In this document: positions 41,901 through 55,972 of the stretch, in pieces | Position numbering within the stretch: the first letter of the stretch is position 1 | Layout of the letters: every line of letters starts with the position of its first letter | Assembly: GCA_964016885.1 (NCBI GenBank) | Contig: OZ024755.1 | Location: 10,912,001 to 10,976,000 of the forward strand | Length of the DNA stretch: 64,000 nt | Reading direction: 5' to 3' | Origin: Eledone cirrhosa | Taxonomy: Eukaryota | The notes under the pieces: generated by a model | The model's input: the letters and a program-made list of their open reading frames with translations, nothing else | Databases searched by the model: none | What the model was told of the DNA's origin: nothing | Program-made: the position numbers and the translations under genes

Positions 41901-42854
41901 TACACACACATATAACACATGTATATCCGAAGTCAAATCGTTGTATTGGGAAGAGAACTTCTTAACCACACACCCATGACATGACAATGACTATAAATTT
42001 TTCATTTTTCTTTTTAGATTCTTGTAAATTGATTGTTGTTGTTGTTTTTACATTGAACCACAAAAGAATGAAAAGCGAAGTCGATCGACTCTGATAGCAA
42101 GTTGACCAGGAAATAGTTTGGCACCGATCTGACTAAACTAAAGTATGCACTGAAGCATTCTTCAGAGTTTTTGGCCACCATAATCGCCTGGAGAATGGAA
42201 GGAAGTAAAAAGGAGCCAAAGATAGAGAGTGGGGGAGAAAGGAAGCTGAGAAGGAGGAGTGGAGGAGGAAATCGTTGAAGCGGGAGAGGAGACAAAGGTA
42301 GAATGAGGTGGGGGGAGAAAAAAATTAAATACTGACAAAGAGAAACGAAATTCCAAAAATTGGAATAAAAAGCAACTAAGACGGCTTATTTACTTATTTA
42401 ATTATTTTATTTTAATGTCTCTGGGTAACTTTTTTGTCCTTTCGGTGTAATTAGGCAAATTAATTATGCTAGAATTAAATTTAGCACGAAACAGTTGGCA
42501 AATTCTTCTATCAGATCTTCAAACCCTACCATCCAACGTTCCAATCTCCAGATTTTGGCAACGATTATTTAATTATGTCAAACTATTGTAAAGTATAAAA
42601 CAAACAACATTAATAATAACACTAATAATGTAGAAAAAGAAATAACAAATATTTAGTTTGACACTAATTAGAAAAGAACAGTGATGTGAATATATATGTG
42701 TGTGTGTGTTGTATACGTATTTGTATGTCAAGTTGTATATGTGTCTGTATCTCTGTATCTCTATAGGTGTTTTCTGTTTGTTTAGATGTCTACGAGATTG
42801 TATGTGTACATAGCTGTGTGTGTATCTAGTTGTTTGTTAAGGTGTATGGCTTTG

Positions 42855-43040
42855 TTGGTGTTTAGGGTGTTGGGCTCTCGATTTTAATTCCGTGAGTTCG
42901 ATTCCTGGATACGGCGTTACCTTTTTTCGTTGAGCAAGATTTGTTATTCCTCGTTACTCTCAAACGGAAAATGAGTTATATCTGTAATTCAAATTGCCAA
43001 ACTTATTGCCGAGAAATGCTGAATCTCCCTGAGAATAATG
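42855..43040 (+). mobile_element. SINE family B
   Basis: TTAGGGTGTTGG head, GAGTTCGATTCCTGGA B box, TTGAGCAAGA, GAATCTCCCTGAGAA tail. Confidence 0.65.
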
Positions 43041-45170
43041 TTGGTCTCCTACGTTGCCATTTTCCTTGCTGATGTCTCTACTGTCATCACCATCGTTGTC
43101 GCCATCACCATCACCATTGTTGTCAAAATGGTTGCCGTCGTCGCTATCAATGTTGTCGTCACTGTCGTTGCGGTTATCATTGTCATTGCCGTTATTGCCA
43201 TCATCGTTATTGCCCATGGCAGCCACCGCAGCCATCGCAACCATCGTCGTCACCGCTATCACCATCGTCATCGTCATCGTCATTGCGTTTTTATCACCGT
43301 CGTCCACGAGGTCACCGTCATAGCCGCCGTTTCTCTGGGTACCGACGTTGATGTGGTGGAAGTCGTCGTTTTCATCGAAAGTGTTTTTTCTGTTACAGAA
43401 CAATAGACGTTCAATGTAACAACTGGAATTACAGTAGCGGAATGGCTTCAGCTCTAATTGACTTTTGATTTGCAGGTTTTAGGGAAAGGTTTAGCACGAG
43501 GACTTTGTGCTTCAGGCAAGTTTGGTTGAGCAATTTTCATTCCATTTGGCTTATGGCTCCACGTAGTGGAATTTTTCTTCTTTTTTCATTTTTGTTATCT
43601 CTTGTGTAATTTATATATTTATTGTATTTTATTTCTGCTTTGTCGTTCTGTTAACATATTTCATTTAACATCCGTACTTAATATCCTAAAGCACCACATT
43701 AACAACGAAAAACGAGTTAAACAACAACAGCAACAATAACAACAACAACGGTAATAATAAAAACAACATTAATAACTGCAACAAAATGTTAACAACAATA
43801 ACAGCAAAAGTGAGAGGGAAAAGAAGATACAATAATGAAAACCATTTGAAACAACAACGACAAAAGTATGAACAACAACAGCAGCAGCAAGAACAACAAC
43901 AAGAAGAGCAACGACAACAACAGCAATATACAATATCTCCTACAGCAATCACTGTTAAAATATTGCTTTTCAAAACCTCCTTCAATTGAGATCGGCGATC
44001 AATTGTAGAATTAGTGTAGACTCCAAGGCGCAAAGTTTTTGAGTTTTCTTTGGAAATCCTGAGCTGCTGCCCACGGCCAGAGTAAGGTTCCGTGTTTATA
44101 AATTAAAAAAAGCAATTTTTTTTTCTTTTGTGGTTCCATGACAGTTGGCTGTTGGAATCGCTGCAGAGAAATTACTGCAACTTCTATTATATTATGAAAT
44201 ATGATGGTTTTAAGTTGAATTTTAATAGGCAATGAATTATTAGATTACGTAGAACGCCGGTATTTGTTCCAGCACTATGTACTCTGAGTTCAAACCCACC
44301 GAGGTCAAATTTGATTTTCATCATTTCGAGGTTGATAGATAAAGAAAATCCGAGCGTGATGGATTGTTGGTGGAATTGCTAAAAGGTTAAATGACATAAT
44401 TTGTAGTGTTAGCCCCGGCTCTTCACGTTCTGAATTAAAATCCCACCGAGTTCATCTTTGCTTTTCAAACAAACCAAAATGATTCACGCATTCAATATAT
44501 ATAAATATCTCTATCTATCTAGGCAAATAAAAAAACATATCTATCTATCTATCTATCTATTATTCTCTATCTCTCCTTCACAAATACCTATATGAGGTAT
44601 TCGTGTTTCTGTGTACGCGTGTAGTTGTGCATATATATATGCATGTATACATATATGTGTGCAGGAATGCTTTTATGTATGTACGCATGTAAGAATGCAT
44701 GTATATATGGATGTATACAAGTATGCATGTAAGCATGTATGCAAGTATGCATGCCAGTATGTGTATATGGATGCACGTATGTATGTATGAATGCATGTAT
44801 CTATGTATGTATCTATGTATGCATCTATGCATGTATATATGTATGTATATATGCATGTCAGTCAGAATGTATGTATGAATGTGGGCATGTATGTATATGT
44901 ATGAGCATCTACGATTATGTATGTAAACAAATATATAAAGTACACAAACTAAAATGGCAGAGCAGTTCTTTGAAAGTAATCAGCAAAGATCATTTCCTCC
45001 TGATAATGACTTCGCTTCACTGAAGTTCTCCATTTTGTATTTTCTTTTTATTTATATAATTTTTATTCATTTCCTCCTTGGATTGACGAGGTGCTGGCAT
45101 ATTCGGAGGTAGCAGGGGGATGAGATATGATGGCTTAACCTATAAACATATATATGTGTGTGTGTATATG

Positions 45171-45223
<53 letters not shown>

Positions 45224-45484
45224 CCGTTTGTGTGTGTATGTGAGTGCATGTATTATGATCAGGTTATATTTGCATTTATAAATATATATAGAGAGATCGA
45301 TGAGAAAAAAGGAGGACGTAACGGCACACACATATACGTGTGCGGAGACACACAGACACATACACACATGCACAAGCACACACACGCACACGCACACACA
45401 CAAACACTCTTACAGATAGCAATTATTAAAATCACAACGGACGCAAGCTTGCAAGTTTATGCGCTTCGAACTAACACTTCAATT

Positions 45485-45722
45485 TCCGTCGACGCATTGC
45501 GTCCTTAAGCAAGACATTTCATTTCATGTTGCTCTCAGTTCTACTCAGCTGGAAAAAATATTTTATACTGCTAATTCCAAGAGCCAGGTTTGTCACCTAC
45601 TATATCACGTTGAATTTCCCTAAAAATTATGTTAAGAGTACGCGTGTCAGTTGAATGCACAGTCATTTGCACGTTAATTTTAGTCCAGGCAACTAGGACA
45701 ATCTTCGTCGGAACCGACGGAG
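45485..45722 (+). mobile_element. SINE family B, 5'-truncated
   Basis: AGCAAGACATTTCATTTCATGTTGCTC...ACTCAGCTG centre; tail to CGTCGGAACCGACGG. Confidence 0.7.
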
Positions 45723-46399
45723 GAGCAACAATGGAATATTTAATTGAATGTAATGGACGTTAAATATATGCTACAGATTATCAAGTGACAAGTAATGTAT
45801 AAACCATTCTCAAATTGAAATTTGAAATTTGAAGTTTGAAATACAAAAGGTTTCAAACATTTTATCTAAATATAAATATCAAAGTGCACACAGACATACT
45901 CACACACACACACGCACATAAACACACACATACACACACAGGCACATACATGCACATAAACACACACACACACACAAACACATACACGCACTTAAACACA
46001 TGCACACACAAACACATATAATCATACACATACTCACACACATACCACCTGTAAAATATTCAGGAAATATCTACATTTAACAGATTGTCACAGGTACCAG
46101 CACAGATAAGAAATGAATACAAAATTAGATGGTGGGAGTTCGATTCACGAACATGTCTGCTGAGAATGATAGATCCCACATCAGGCTGGCTGTGATGTTC
46201 CTACGGACCTTAGCTTACGAGCCTGTATGGAACATTTGGACTAATTTACCTCATGTAAAAGCAGTCAAAACTTAATTTGAAAGATATTTCAACTGTCATA
46301 ATAATCACGAAACGTTACATATATATATATATATACACATGTATGTGTGTTTGTGCATGTGTATGTATAGGCATCCCGATTTTCTAAGCTATTTTATAG

Positions 46400-46502
46400 A
46401 GATCGACTATTGTTACAGCTTATTTTCTGCATTTGGGCTTCTCACATTCTCTCTCATACACACAAGCACACACACATACACACACACACATACATACATA
46501 CA

Positions 46503-46594
<92 letters not shown>

Positions 46595-46683
46595 TATTTG
46601 CTCTACGGTTCTTATATATTTGATATATATTTATCCTTATCGAGCCCTCTTTGGATTTTAGTCTTCAAATTTATTATTATTAC

Positions 46684-46758
<75 letters not shown>

Positions 46759-46803
46759 ATGTGAGAAGCCCAAATGAAGAAAATAAGCTGTAACAATAGT
46801 CGA

Positions 46804-46806
<3 letters not shown>
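46400..46806. repeat. Inverted duplication of a 57-bp flank around a TA-embedded insert
   Basis: 46400-46456 is the reverse complement of 46750-46806 (1 mismatch); spacer has CA/TA tracts and the 46589-46684 insert. Confidence 0.92.
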
Positions 46807-46848
<42 letters not shown>

Positions 46849-47016
46849 TTTCTGAATTGGCAAGATGACCCTCCCAAAGTATAACAATATATATATATAT
46901 TCATGTCGCTGTAAATAAGAGAAAAGCAAATAAATTGGCATTACTTATGGTTTTTATATTCATACTACTTACATACATACATACATACTTACATAAATAC
47001 ATACATACTTACATAC

Positions 47017-47047
<31 letters not shown>

Positions 47048-47589
47048 CATACATACATACATACATACATACATACATACGTACGTACGTACGTACGTAC
47101 ATACATACATACATACATACATACATACATACATACATACATACATACATACATACATACATACATACATACATACATACATACATACATCACATTGATA
47201 AGTTAATTGTGTGTTGGCTGAGGTGGTATTTATTCGAACTTAACTCTCAAGTACATTTGTTTAACACTTATTAAACTTTTCTTGGTTCGGTGTATTACTG
47301 CTTTCGAATAGTTCAATGATACAAAAAAAAATGGAAAACTATAGAATTCATCTTTTCAAAGATATATTCATACATTTCCATTTTCAATCAATACGTTCAA
47401 CTTCCCCCCACCCCCCATCTACAACTCTAACCCCTAGTGTGTAAATCTCTTTCACTTTCGTTTTCTTCGTTTTCTCCTTAGTCTTCGTTCTGCTCAGATA
47501 TATATATTTTTTTTCATTCAATGAAACATTCTAGCTTCAATTAACAACTATTTCTTCCATTAATTTTTCAAATTAGTAGTAATAGTAGG

Positions 47590-47785
47590 AGTATCGGTAG
47601 AGCGTCGGACATAATGCTAGGCGTCATATAGTTTCATTCCTTTACGTTCTGAGTTCATATTCCGCCGAGGTTAACTTTACTTTTCACTCTTACGGGATCC
47701 ATGAAATAAAGGACCAGTAATACACTGGGGTAGGTTTAATCGGCTTTCCCCACACCCCTTCAAATTTCTACCCTTGTGCCAAATG
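47590..47785 (+). mobile_element. SINE family A
   Basis: AGTATCGGTAGAGCGTCGGAC...CTGAGTTCATATTCCGCCGAGGTTAACTTT...CCAGTAATACACTGGGG. Confidence 0.8.
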
Positions 47786-48687
47786 TTTTTTTTTTCGTTT
47801 CTTTATCTTCTTTCGTTTTTCTTCTTTTTCTTTTAATTTTTTTCCTTCTTGGTCGCCTTTATCTTGTTCTTTCTTTTTCTCTTTTCTTTTTCTTGGTCTT
47901 ATATTTCCTCAGAGACACAAATACTCTCCCCACACCCACCCAAGGAATAGTTTATACACCTCAAAGCATGAACATCACAGATTCGTATTTCTCATCATCT
48001 GAGTGACTCAATGTTCCTACCTATGCATGAACACAAGTTATATACTTCAGAGAAATGCATGAACATCACAACTTCAGGTTCTACTGTCTTTAAATATAAA
48101 GATTAATTTGGAAGTCCATTACAAATGTAATAAACTATATTTTGTTGTTTAAATTTTTTTTAAACAAATTGCTTTATTGGAGTATTTTGGTATGATTTGG
48201 TTTATGGTTATTGCTGTCGACTTTATCTTTGTTTTGGGGAAATTTTCCAATTCAAAAAATGGAATCATATCTACGTTCTGTTTACCTTTTAAACTGTTCA
48301 AACATACGCTATGTCCTGGCATAAATATATATTAATTAATTCTAATTACGTCGCCAAACGTATGCTTGCCATATGTAAATTAGTCGAGCCATTTCAGCTG
48401 GGTTTGTTTTTTTCAGCAAAAGAAGTTATTTCTCACTACACATATATTTATGCTTCTGAGAAATGCCTGAGCATTACAGCATCAACTTCCATTTTTCTTA
48501 GAAATGAATTTTTGTAAGTTCGTTATGAAAGTTATAAATCATTTATCACTTTTCTCAAATATATTGTTTTAATTTAAGTTATGAATGCTGTTGGTTTTGT
48601 TAAAGGCATCTAACTAAAACAATGTCTGTTATAAAAACTCTTCAATTATATTTTAAAACTCTTCAATTATAAATATTCCCTATGTAA

Positions 48688-48895
48688 TTGCGTGTTGTGT
48701 TCTTGAGCAAAACACTTCATTTTCACAATGCTCCAGTATACTCAGCTGAAAATGAGTACTAGCAATAGCTGGGGTGTTTAACCCTGCGATGGACTAGCGT
48801 CCAGGGTGTGGTCTTATGTTCTCAGTCGCTTCAGGTCACTGAAACCGGGAGAAGTACTAGACAGATGAGCCATTGGTCTCGAGACAGACTTTAAC
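48688..48895 (+). mobile_element. SINE family B centre with a different tail
   Basis: TTGTGTTCTTGAGCAAAACACTT...CTCAGCTGAAAATGAGTAC...AACCCTGCGATGGACTAGCGTCC. Confidence 0.7.
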
Positions 48896-48949
48896 TTTTC
48901 ACTTCATTTAATTACGTCGCCAAAAATCTTCACAACGGTTCCTTACACA

Positions 48950-49095
48950 TTGAGATCAAATCCCGCCGAGATTAGCTTTAACGTTCATCCTTACGGGGTC
49001 GATAAAATAAAGTACCAGTAACGCACTGGGGTCGATTTAATCGACTTTTACTTCGCCCAAAATTGCTCGTCTTGTGCCTAAATCAGAAATTATTA
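48950..49095 (+). mobile_element. SINE family A, 3' part
   Basis: CAAATCCCGCCGAG...TTCATCCTTACGGGGTCGATAAAATAAAGTACCAG...GGGGTCGATTTAATCGACTT. Confidence 0.85.
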
Positions 49096-49849
49096 TATAA
49101 ACTAGACTGAAAATTTGAGCATATTTTCTATAACCTGTATGTCATGTATATAACGTTGTGATGCCAATATGATTTCTTTTGATTGCCTCGAGGTTTCTAC
49201 CTGTATACTGAGCCTATTTCATCTACTTCACGTCACACCCGTGACATATAACTTTGAGAAATGCATGAATGTCACAACTTCAATGTCCACTTTTCATAGA
49301 AAAGAAAGTTATTGTAGTTTGCAAGTCTGCTATGAAAGTAATAAATCATATTTTAGTGTGTTTTAAAAAATATAATTAGATCGCTTTTCTCGGAGATGTT
49401 TTTAGTTTATGGTTGTTATTGTTGTCGTTATTGACTTTGTTGTTGTTGCAGTTGTTGTTGTTGTTTTCATGAAGTGTAAATGAAAATGTTTCATTTAAAT
49501 ATTCATTCAAAAGAAAGAAAAATTAGCAGATTTTTAAAAATACTATATTCTTTTGTGTGATATATATATTTTGTTTGATTTTTGTGTAGACTACCACCAC
49601 CATTACCTTCATAACTACCACTAACAACAACAACAACACCATCATCATTACCACCACCACTACCACCACCAGCATTACCACTACTATCACCATCATCACT
49701 ACTACCATCAATATCACCATTAGCACTAACACCAGGATCATCACCATAACCAACACCAACATCACTACCACCAACAACAACAATACCAATGCCTCCACCA
49801 ATACTACCTCCACCATCACCACGACTACCACCATCACTACCACCACCGC

Positions 49850-51550
49850 CACCATCACCACCATCACCACCATCACTACCACCACTACCACCACTACCAC
49901 CACTACCACCAACACCGACACCATCACGACCACGACCACTACCAACAACAACAACAAAACCACCACCATCACCACCATCACTACCACCACTACCACCAAC
50001 ACCGACACCATCACGACCACGACCACCACCACCAACAACAAAACCACCGCCATCACCACCATCACTACCAGCACTACCACCAACACCGACACCATCATGA
50101 CCACGACCACCACCACCACCACCAACAACAAAACCACCACCATCACCACCATCACTACCACCACTACCACCAACACCGACACCATCACGACCACGACCAC
50201 CACCACCACCACCAACAACAAAACCACCACCATCACCACCATCACTACCACCACTACCACCAACACCGACACCATCACGACCACGACCACCACCACCACC
50301 ACCAACAACAAAACCACCACCATCACCACCATCACTACCACCACTACCACCAACACCGACACCATCACGACCACGACCACCACCACCACCAACAACAACA
50401 AAACCACCACCATCACCACCATCACTACCACCACTACCACCAACACCGACACCATCACGACCACGACCACCACCACCAACAACAACAAAACCACCACCAT
50501 CACCACCATCACTACCACCACTACCACCAACACCGACACCATCACGACCACGACCACCACCACCAACAACAAAACCACCACCATCACCACCATCACTACC
50601 ACCACTACCACCAACACCGACACCATCACGACCACGACCACCACCAACAACGAAACCACCACCATCACCACCATCACTACCAGCACTACCACCAACACCG
50701 ACACCATCACGACCACGACCACCACCACCACCACCAACAACAAAACCACCACCATCACCACCATCACTACCACCACTACCACCAACACCGACACCATCAC
50801 GACCACGACCACCACCACCACCACCAACAACAAAACCACCACCATCACCACCATCACTACCACCACTACCACCAACACCGACACCATCACGACCACGACC
50901 ACCACCACCACCAACAACAACAAAACCACCACCATCACCACCATCACTACCACCACTACCACCAACACCGACACCATCACGACCACGACCACCACCACCA
51001 ACAACAACAAAACCACCACCATCACCACCATCACTACCACCACTACCACCAACACCGACACCATCATGACCACGACCACCACCAACAACAACAACAAAAC
51101 CACCACCATCACCACCATCACTACCACCACTACCACCAACACCGACACCATCACGACCACGACCACCACCAACAACAAAACCACCACCATCACCACCATC
51201 ACTACCACCACTACCACCAACACCGACACCATCACGACCACGACCACCACCACCAACAACAACAAAACCACCACCATCACCACCATCACTACCACCAACA
51301 CCGACACCATCACGACCACGACCACCACCACCAACAACAACAAAACCACCACCATCATCACCATCACTACCACCACTACCACCAACACCGACACCATCAT
51401 GACCACGACCACCAACAACAACAAAACCACCACCATCACCACCATCACTACCACCACTACCACCAACACCGGCACCATCACGACCACGACCACCACCTAC
51501 AACAACAACAACAAAACCACCACCAACACCACCATCACTACCACCACTAC
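49850..51550. repeat. Higher-order minisatellite built from ACC/AAC/ATC triplets, about 19 units of 78-90 bp
   Basis: Anchor AACACCGACACCATCACGACCACGACC recurs from about 49910 to 51490; unit length varies in multiples of 3. Confidence 0.92.
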
Positions 51551-51913
51551 CAACAATACCGCCCCAACACCGACACCACCACCAACAACAACACCACCAA
51601 CACCAACAACACCACCCCACCACCCCTACTACCAGTACCACCACCTCCCAATCCACCCACCCATTCCATTATATTTCCATTTTTACACAATTTATTCAGG
51701 TTTACAGTTTCATTAGTAAAAACAGCGAAATATCAAAAAAAAAGAACGCAGAAAATTTGAACAAAAAAAGAAAAAGAAAAGATAAATAACAGAATAAAAG
51801 AAAATGTTGAAGATGTCTGGCCTTGTTTGTGTGTGTTTATGTGTATGCATGTGTTTGTGTGTGTTTGTGAGTGTATGCCTGTGTACACTTTGGTCTGCAT
51901 GAGTGTCTGTATG

Positions 51914-51944
<31 letters not shown>

Positions 51945-52718
51945 ATCTGTGCGAGCTTCTGTGTGTTTGTGTGCGTCTGCGTGTATGTGTGAGTATATGT
52001 GTGTCTGTGTGTATATGTGTCTGTGTGTGTGTATGTCTGTGTGTATCTGTCCGTGTGTGTGTGTGTGTGTGTGTATGTCGATGTGCATGTGTATGTCTGC
52101 ATGTGTATTTGTCTGTCTGTCTGTGTGTGTGTGTGACTGTATCTGTCTATCTGTGTGTATGTGTGTGTGTGTGTGTGTGTGTGTATGTCTATGTGCATGT
52201 GTATGTCTGCATGTGTATCTGTATGTCTGTCTGTGTGTGTGTGTGTGACTGTATCTGTCTATCTGTCTGTGTATGTGTGTGTGTATCTGTCTGTGTATGT
52301 GTGTGTGTATCTGTTTGTGTGTGTGTGTGTCTGTCTGTGTGTATGTGTGTGTGTGTGCATGTGTGTGTGTGTGCATGTGTGTGTGTGTGTGTGTATGTCT
52401 ATGTGCGCGTGTGTGTCTGTAGTGGAAGGAATGGCGGAGAAGGAGGAGTTAAACGTAAAATCTATTTCAAGAGTTTTACCACATATTCAAACTAGTATTT
52501 CCTTTATGCCTTTACTGTTTCCAGTCATTGAATTGTGGTCTTGCTGGAGCGCCGCCTGGATTTAGTGGATCACGTCGACTCCAAAACGATTTTTTTCTCT
52601 CAACTCTGGTACATCTTTATCGATTTCCTTTTCGTCGAACTGTTGCCTTATGGGACAAAAACAAACACCAAATAAAAACGCATACATATACGCTCTCTCT
52701 CATACACACACAAACACA

Positions 52719-52761
<43 letters not shown>

Positions 52762-52790
52762 GCATAGACACACAGGCACATATATATATA

Positions 52791-52828
<38 letters not shown>

Positions 52829-53241
52829 TGTGTTTGTGGATGGTGAGAACATTGCGCCGGTTGAAGGCGAGGGAGAATCGCTGGAAAAGCTACTCAACCA
52901 ATGTTTTAAGACAAAAGCTATTCATGTTAAAAAGATCAAGACATGACTGCTATTTCTAGCTGCACGAGTGTCTACCTGCAGTCATAATGAAGCCATGTTT
53001 AGTAATATTTTGAAATGTTGAGATGTAATTGAAAGATCCGTTCTATATATATATATATACATATATATGGGTCTGTGTATATGTATATATATATACATAT
53101 ATATATGCAGAGGTTATATTTAATTTGTTGGGATTCAACAAGCTTAAAAAATTGTATAACTGATATAAAGCACTCAACAATTTAGTGGAGTAAATATTCA
53201 ATATATTAATAAATGGAAACTATATTTATAAAAACCATAAT

Positions 53242-53307
53242 TATTTTATTATATATATTTCAAGGGCAACCAAGGCAAATTATGGTGCGCTTTCATCAGA
53301 TAAAATA
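53242..53307 (-). ncRNA. Minimal type I hammerhead ribozyme (Penelope type)
   Basis: TATTTTAT-CTGATGA-AAGcGCACCA taatttgcct TGGtTGCcCTT-GAAA-TATATA-TA-ATAAAATA: 8-bp perfect stem I, canonical core, 1-bp stem III with palindromic loop; predicted cleavage after A53250. Confidence 0.85.
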
Positions 53308-53313
53308 CAGATT

Positions 53314-53412
53314 TGTTTTATAAATAAATATTGACATACCCGGAAAAAAAGGGAACTTCAACCGTTAAGGTTGTCTTTTTTTCCGGGTATGTCAATATTT
53401 ATTTATAAAACA
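53314..53412. repeat. Inverted repeat, perfect 38-bp arms, just upstream of the hammerhead
   Basis: 53314-53351 and 53375-53412, 23-nt spacer. Confidence 0.93.
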
Positions 53413-53642
53413 CTGGTTTAACCGCTTTACTTCCCTCCGAAGAAGAGATATTAACTCGAAAATTAAGGATATTTAAATAAATTTAAGGTAAAAGACTAAT
53501 TGTCAACAATATCTTTTGCATTTGCATTTATATTCTATGTCCATACCTGCATTGTTTTGGCTTTACAAATACAAACGTTTATATATCTATGTATATATAT
53601 GTATATATATTTCTGTATATATATGTGTGTCTGTGTGTGTGT

Positions 53643-53698
<56 letters not shown>

Positions 53699-53701
53699 GT
53701 A

Positions 53702-54068
53702 TAAAATATGTAGTTTAGAAAGCCACAACAATGCAGATGGGAAATCTCGAGGTAGGAAGTGAGTGAGAAATAGGAGAAAAGTGAAAATTGAGAGAAACGA
53801 AAATGAAAACAAAACAAAGGTAGAAGGGTTACCGTAGTGGAGATTTAATCCCAATATTTCGGGCTTACGCCCCATTTGGGATTAAATCTCCACTACGGTA
53901 ACCCTTCTACCTTTGTTTTGTTTTCATTTTCGTTTCTCTCAATTTTCACTTTTCTCCTATTTCTCACTCACTTCCTACCTCGAGATTTCCCATCTGCATT
54001 GTTGTGGCTTTCTAAACTACATATTTTACACATTTCACAATGCTTCAAGCAAACTTTAACACCCTCTT
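53702..54068. mobile_element. Head-to-head palindromic insert with 153-bp arms in TA-rich microsatellite
   Basis: 53702-53854 is the reverse complement of 53876-54028; the spacer read on minus is ATG-GGGC-gtaa-GCCC-GAAA (hammerhead stem II plus GAAA). Confidence 0.85.
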
Positions 54069-54643
54069 ATATATGTATATATATATATACATGTATATAT
54101 ATATATGTATATGTATATATATATCTGTATATATATATATGTGTGTCTGTGTGTGTGTGTATGTGTGTATATATACATATTAACTTCGAGTATGGATATT
54201 GTCAATCTTATTTAGATTAACTTTGTAAATAATCGTTTGGTTTCCAATTAAGTGATACAAGAAAACGGCTGATATACCCAGGAATCATTGGGTGTGTTAA
54301 TATTGAGACTTTTCAATATACTTTGGTGAATATATCGAACATATCCACAAATTAATGATTAAGAATATTGTGGTTTTGTTGATGTTTATTGTTTTGTTTT
54401 TTCTTGTTTTTTTTTTATATTTTGCTAACTGCTACAAACTGTCATGCAACATTTTCATTGGAGTGGTTTTCTCAATCATGTGCACTTCCTTCAATTATGT
54501 ACACACACGTGCGCACGCACACACACACACACACACACAGACAGACACAGACACACACACTCACACACTCACACAGACCACATTCATTCATATATATATA
54601 TATATATAGTGCAAATTTATACGGGAACAAAACAGAGAGGTAG

Positions 54644-54941
<298 letters not shown>

Positions 54942-55422
54942 TCCCGCTAGCACACCCGGAGCCTATTGCAGCTACGTTCTTAGAGTACTCGGAAAAATTA
55001 ATTTCCATTTATTTCGCTAGACGATACCACTCGAAACTGGCTGACACGTGGTTAGGAGGTGCTGGCTGGGATTTACAATCGAAGGCTTATATCTTTACTC
55101 TATACCCCACCTTGATAACTTATCGAGATTCCCTATAATACACTTAAACTGTTTCATATAAGACTCTCTCTGTAATTTCATTAAATAAATATAGCAACAC
55201 AAACCTTTAATTTTCTATTAATTTTCTAATAATTTAATTTCATCCTATAACTCTTAACATAAGTTAACGTTCCAATTTTCTGTTCATACATTAGACCATA
55301 CAGACACCCATATATATGCCTTTGTTAAAATATGGCTTCTTTGGAATAACATTTTTCGCGGCGTCCTCTAGCATGACTGTAGTGTGTCCCTTACGCTGAC
55401 TTTTCTTCTTTCTTTCTTTATT

Positions 55423-55490
<68 letters not shown>

Positions 55491-55687
55491 TTTTTTTATT
55501 CTTTGACGGAGGGAGAGGTGGTAGTGCATTATAAGCCTTCGCTCCCTCACGAGATGGTCATTAGTAGACCGAGTTGCCATCACTTGAGGGCGACTGACCG
55601 AGGTGAAAGCAGCTAGTTGGTCAGTCGTCCTCTCTGTCTCTGATTTTCGGACCCATGGATTTTATATATTCCTTTGTTATATTTCGA

Positions 55688-55745
55688 ATACCTGATGATA
55701 TCACCGGATTCATACGGAACCCGGTCATTCAAATGATCATAGTAT
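55688..55745 (+). ncRNA. Degenerate minimal hammerhead (G12 missing)
   Basis: ATAC-CTGATGA-tatcACCGG...CCGGTcattc-AAA-TGATCA-TA-GTAT: 4-bp stem I, palindromic loop 3. Confidence 0.6.
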
Positions 55746-55927
55746 AATAAACTTTTCAAGATTTACGCCTCCTGTTATTTTATTTGTAATAATTAACTCC
55801 GTATTAGCACCACCAACTACACAAACGAAGACGGGTGAAATGCACTACGTTGAGTACTCTCCATAATATTACATCAATATTGACCATATGGAATGACCAA
55901 TTCTATCCAGTCGTGAACCAACAAACC

Positions 55928-55972
<45 letters not shown>

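Noticed and set aside
42014-42295. Possible minus-strand exon after a pyrimidine tract and CAG
   Set aside because: No recognisable protein, no convincing donor site, no partner exons
49503-51716. 717, 657 and 539 aa ORFs as real glycine-rich or mucin-like genes
   Set aside because: Overlapping frames on both strands are open because of triplet composition; no signal peptide, splice or codon evidence
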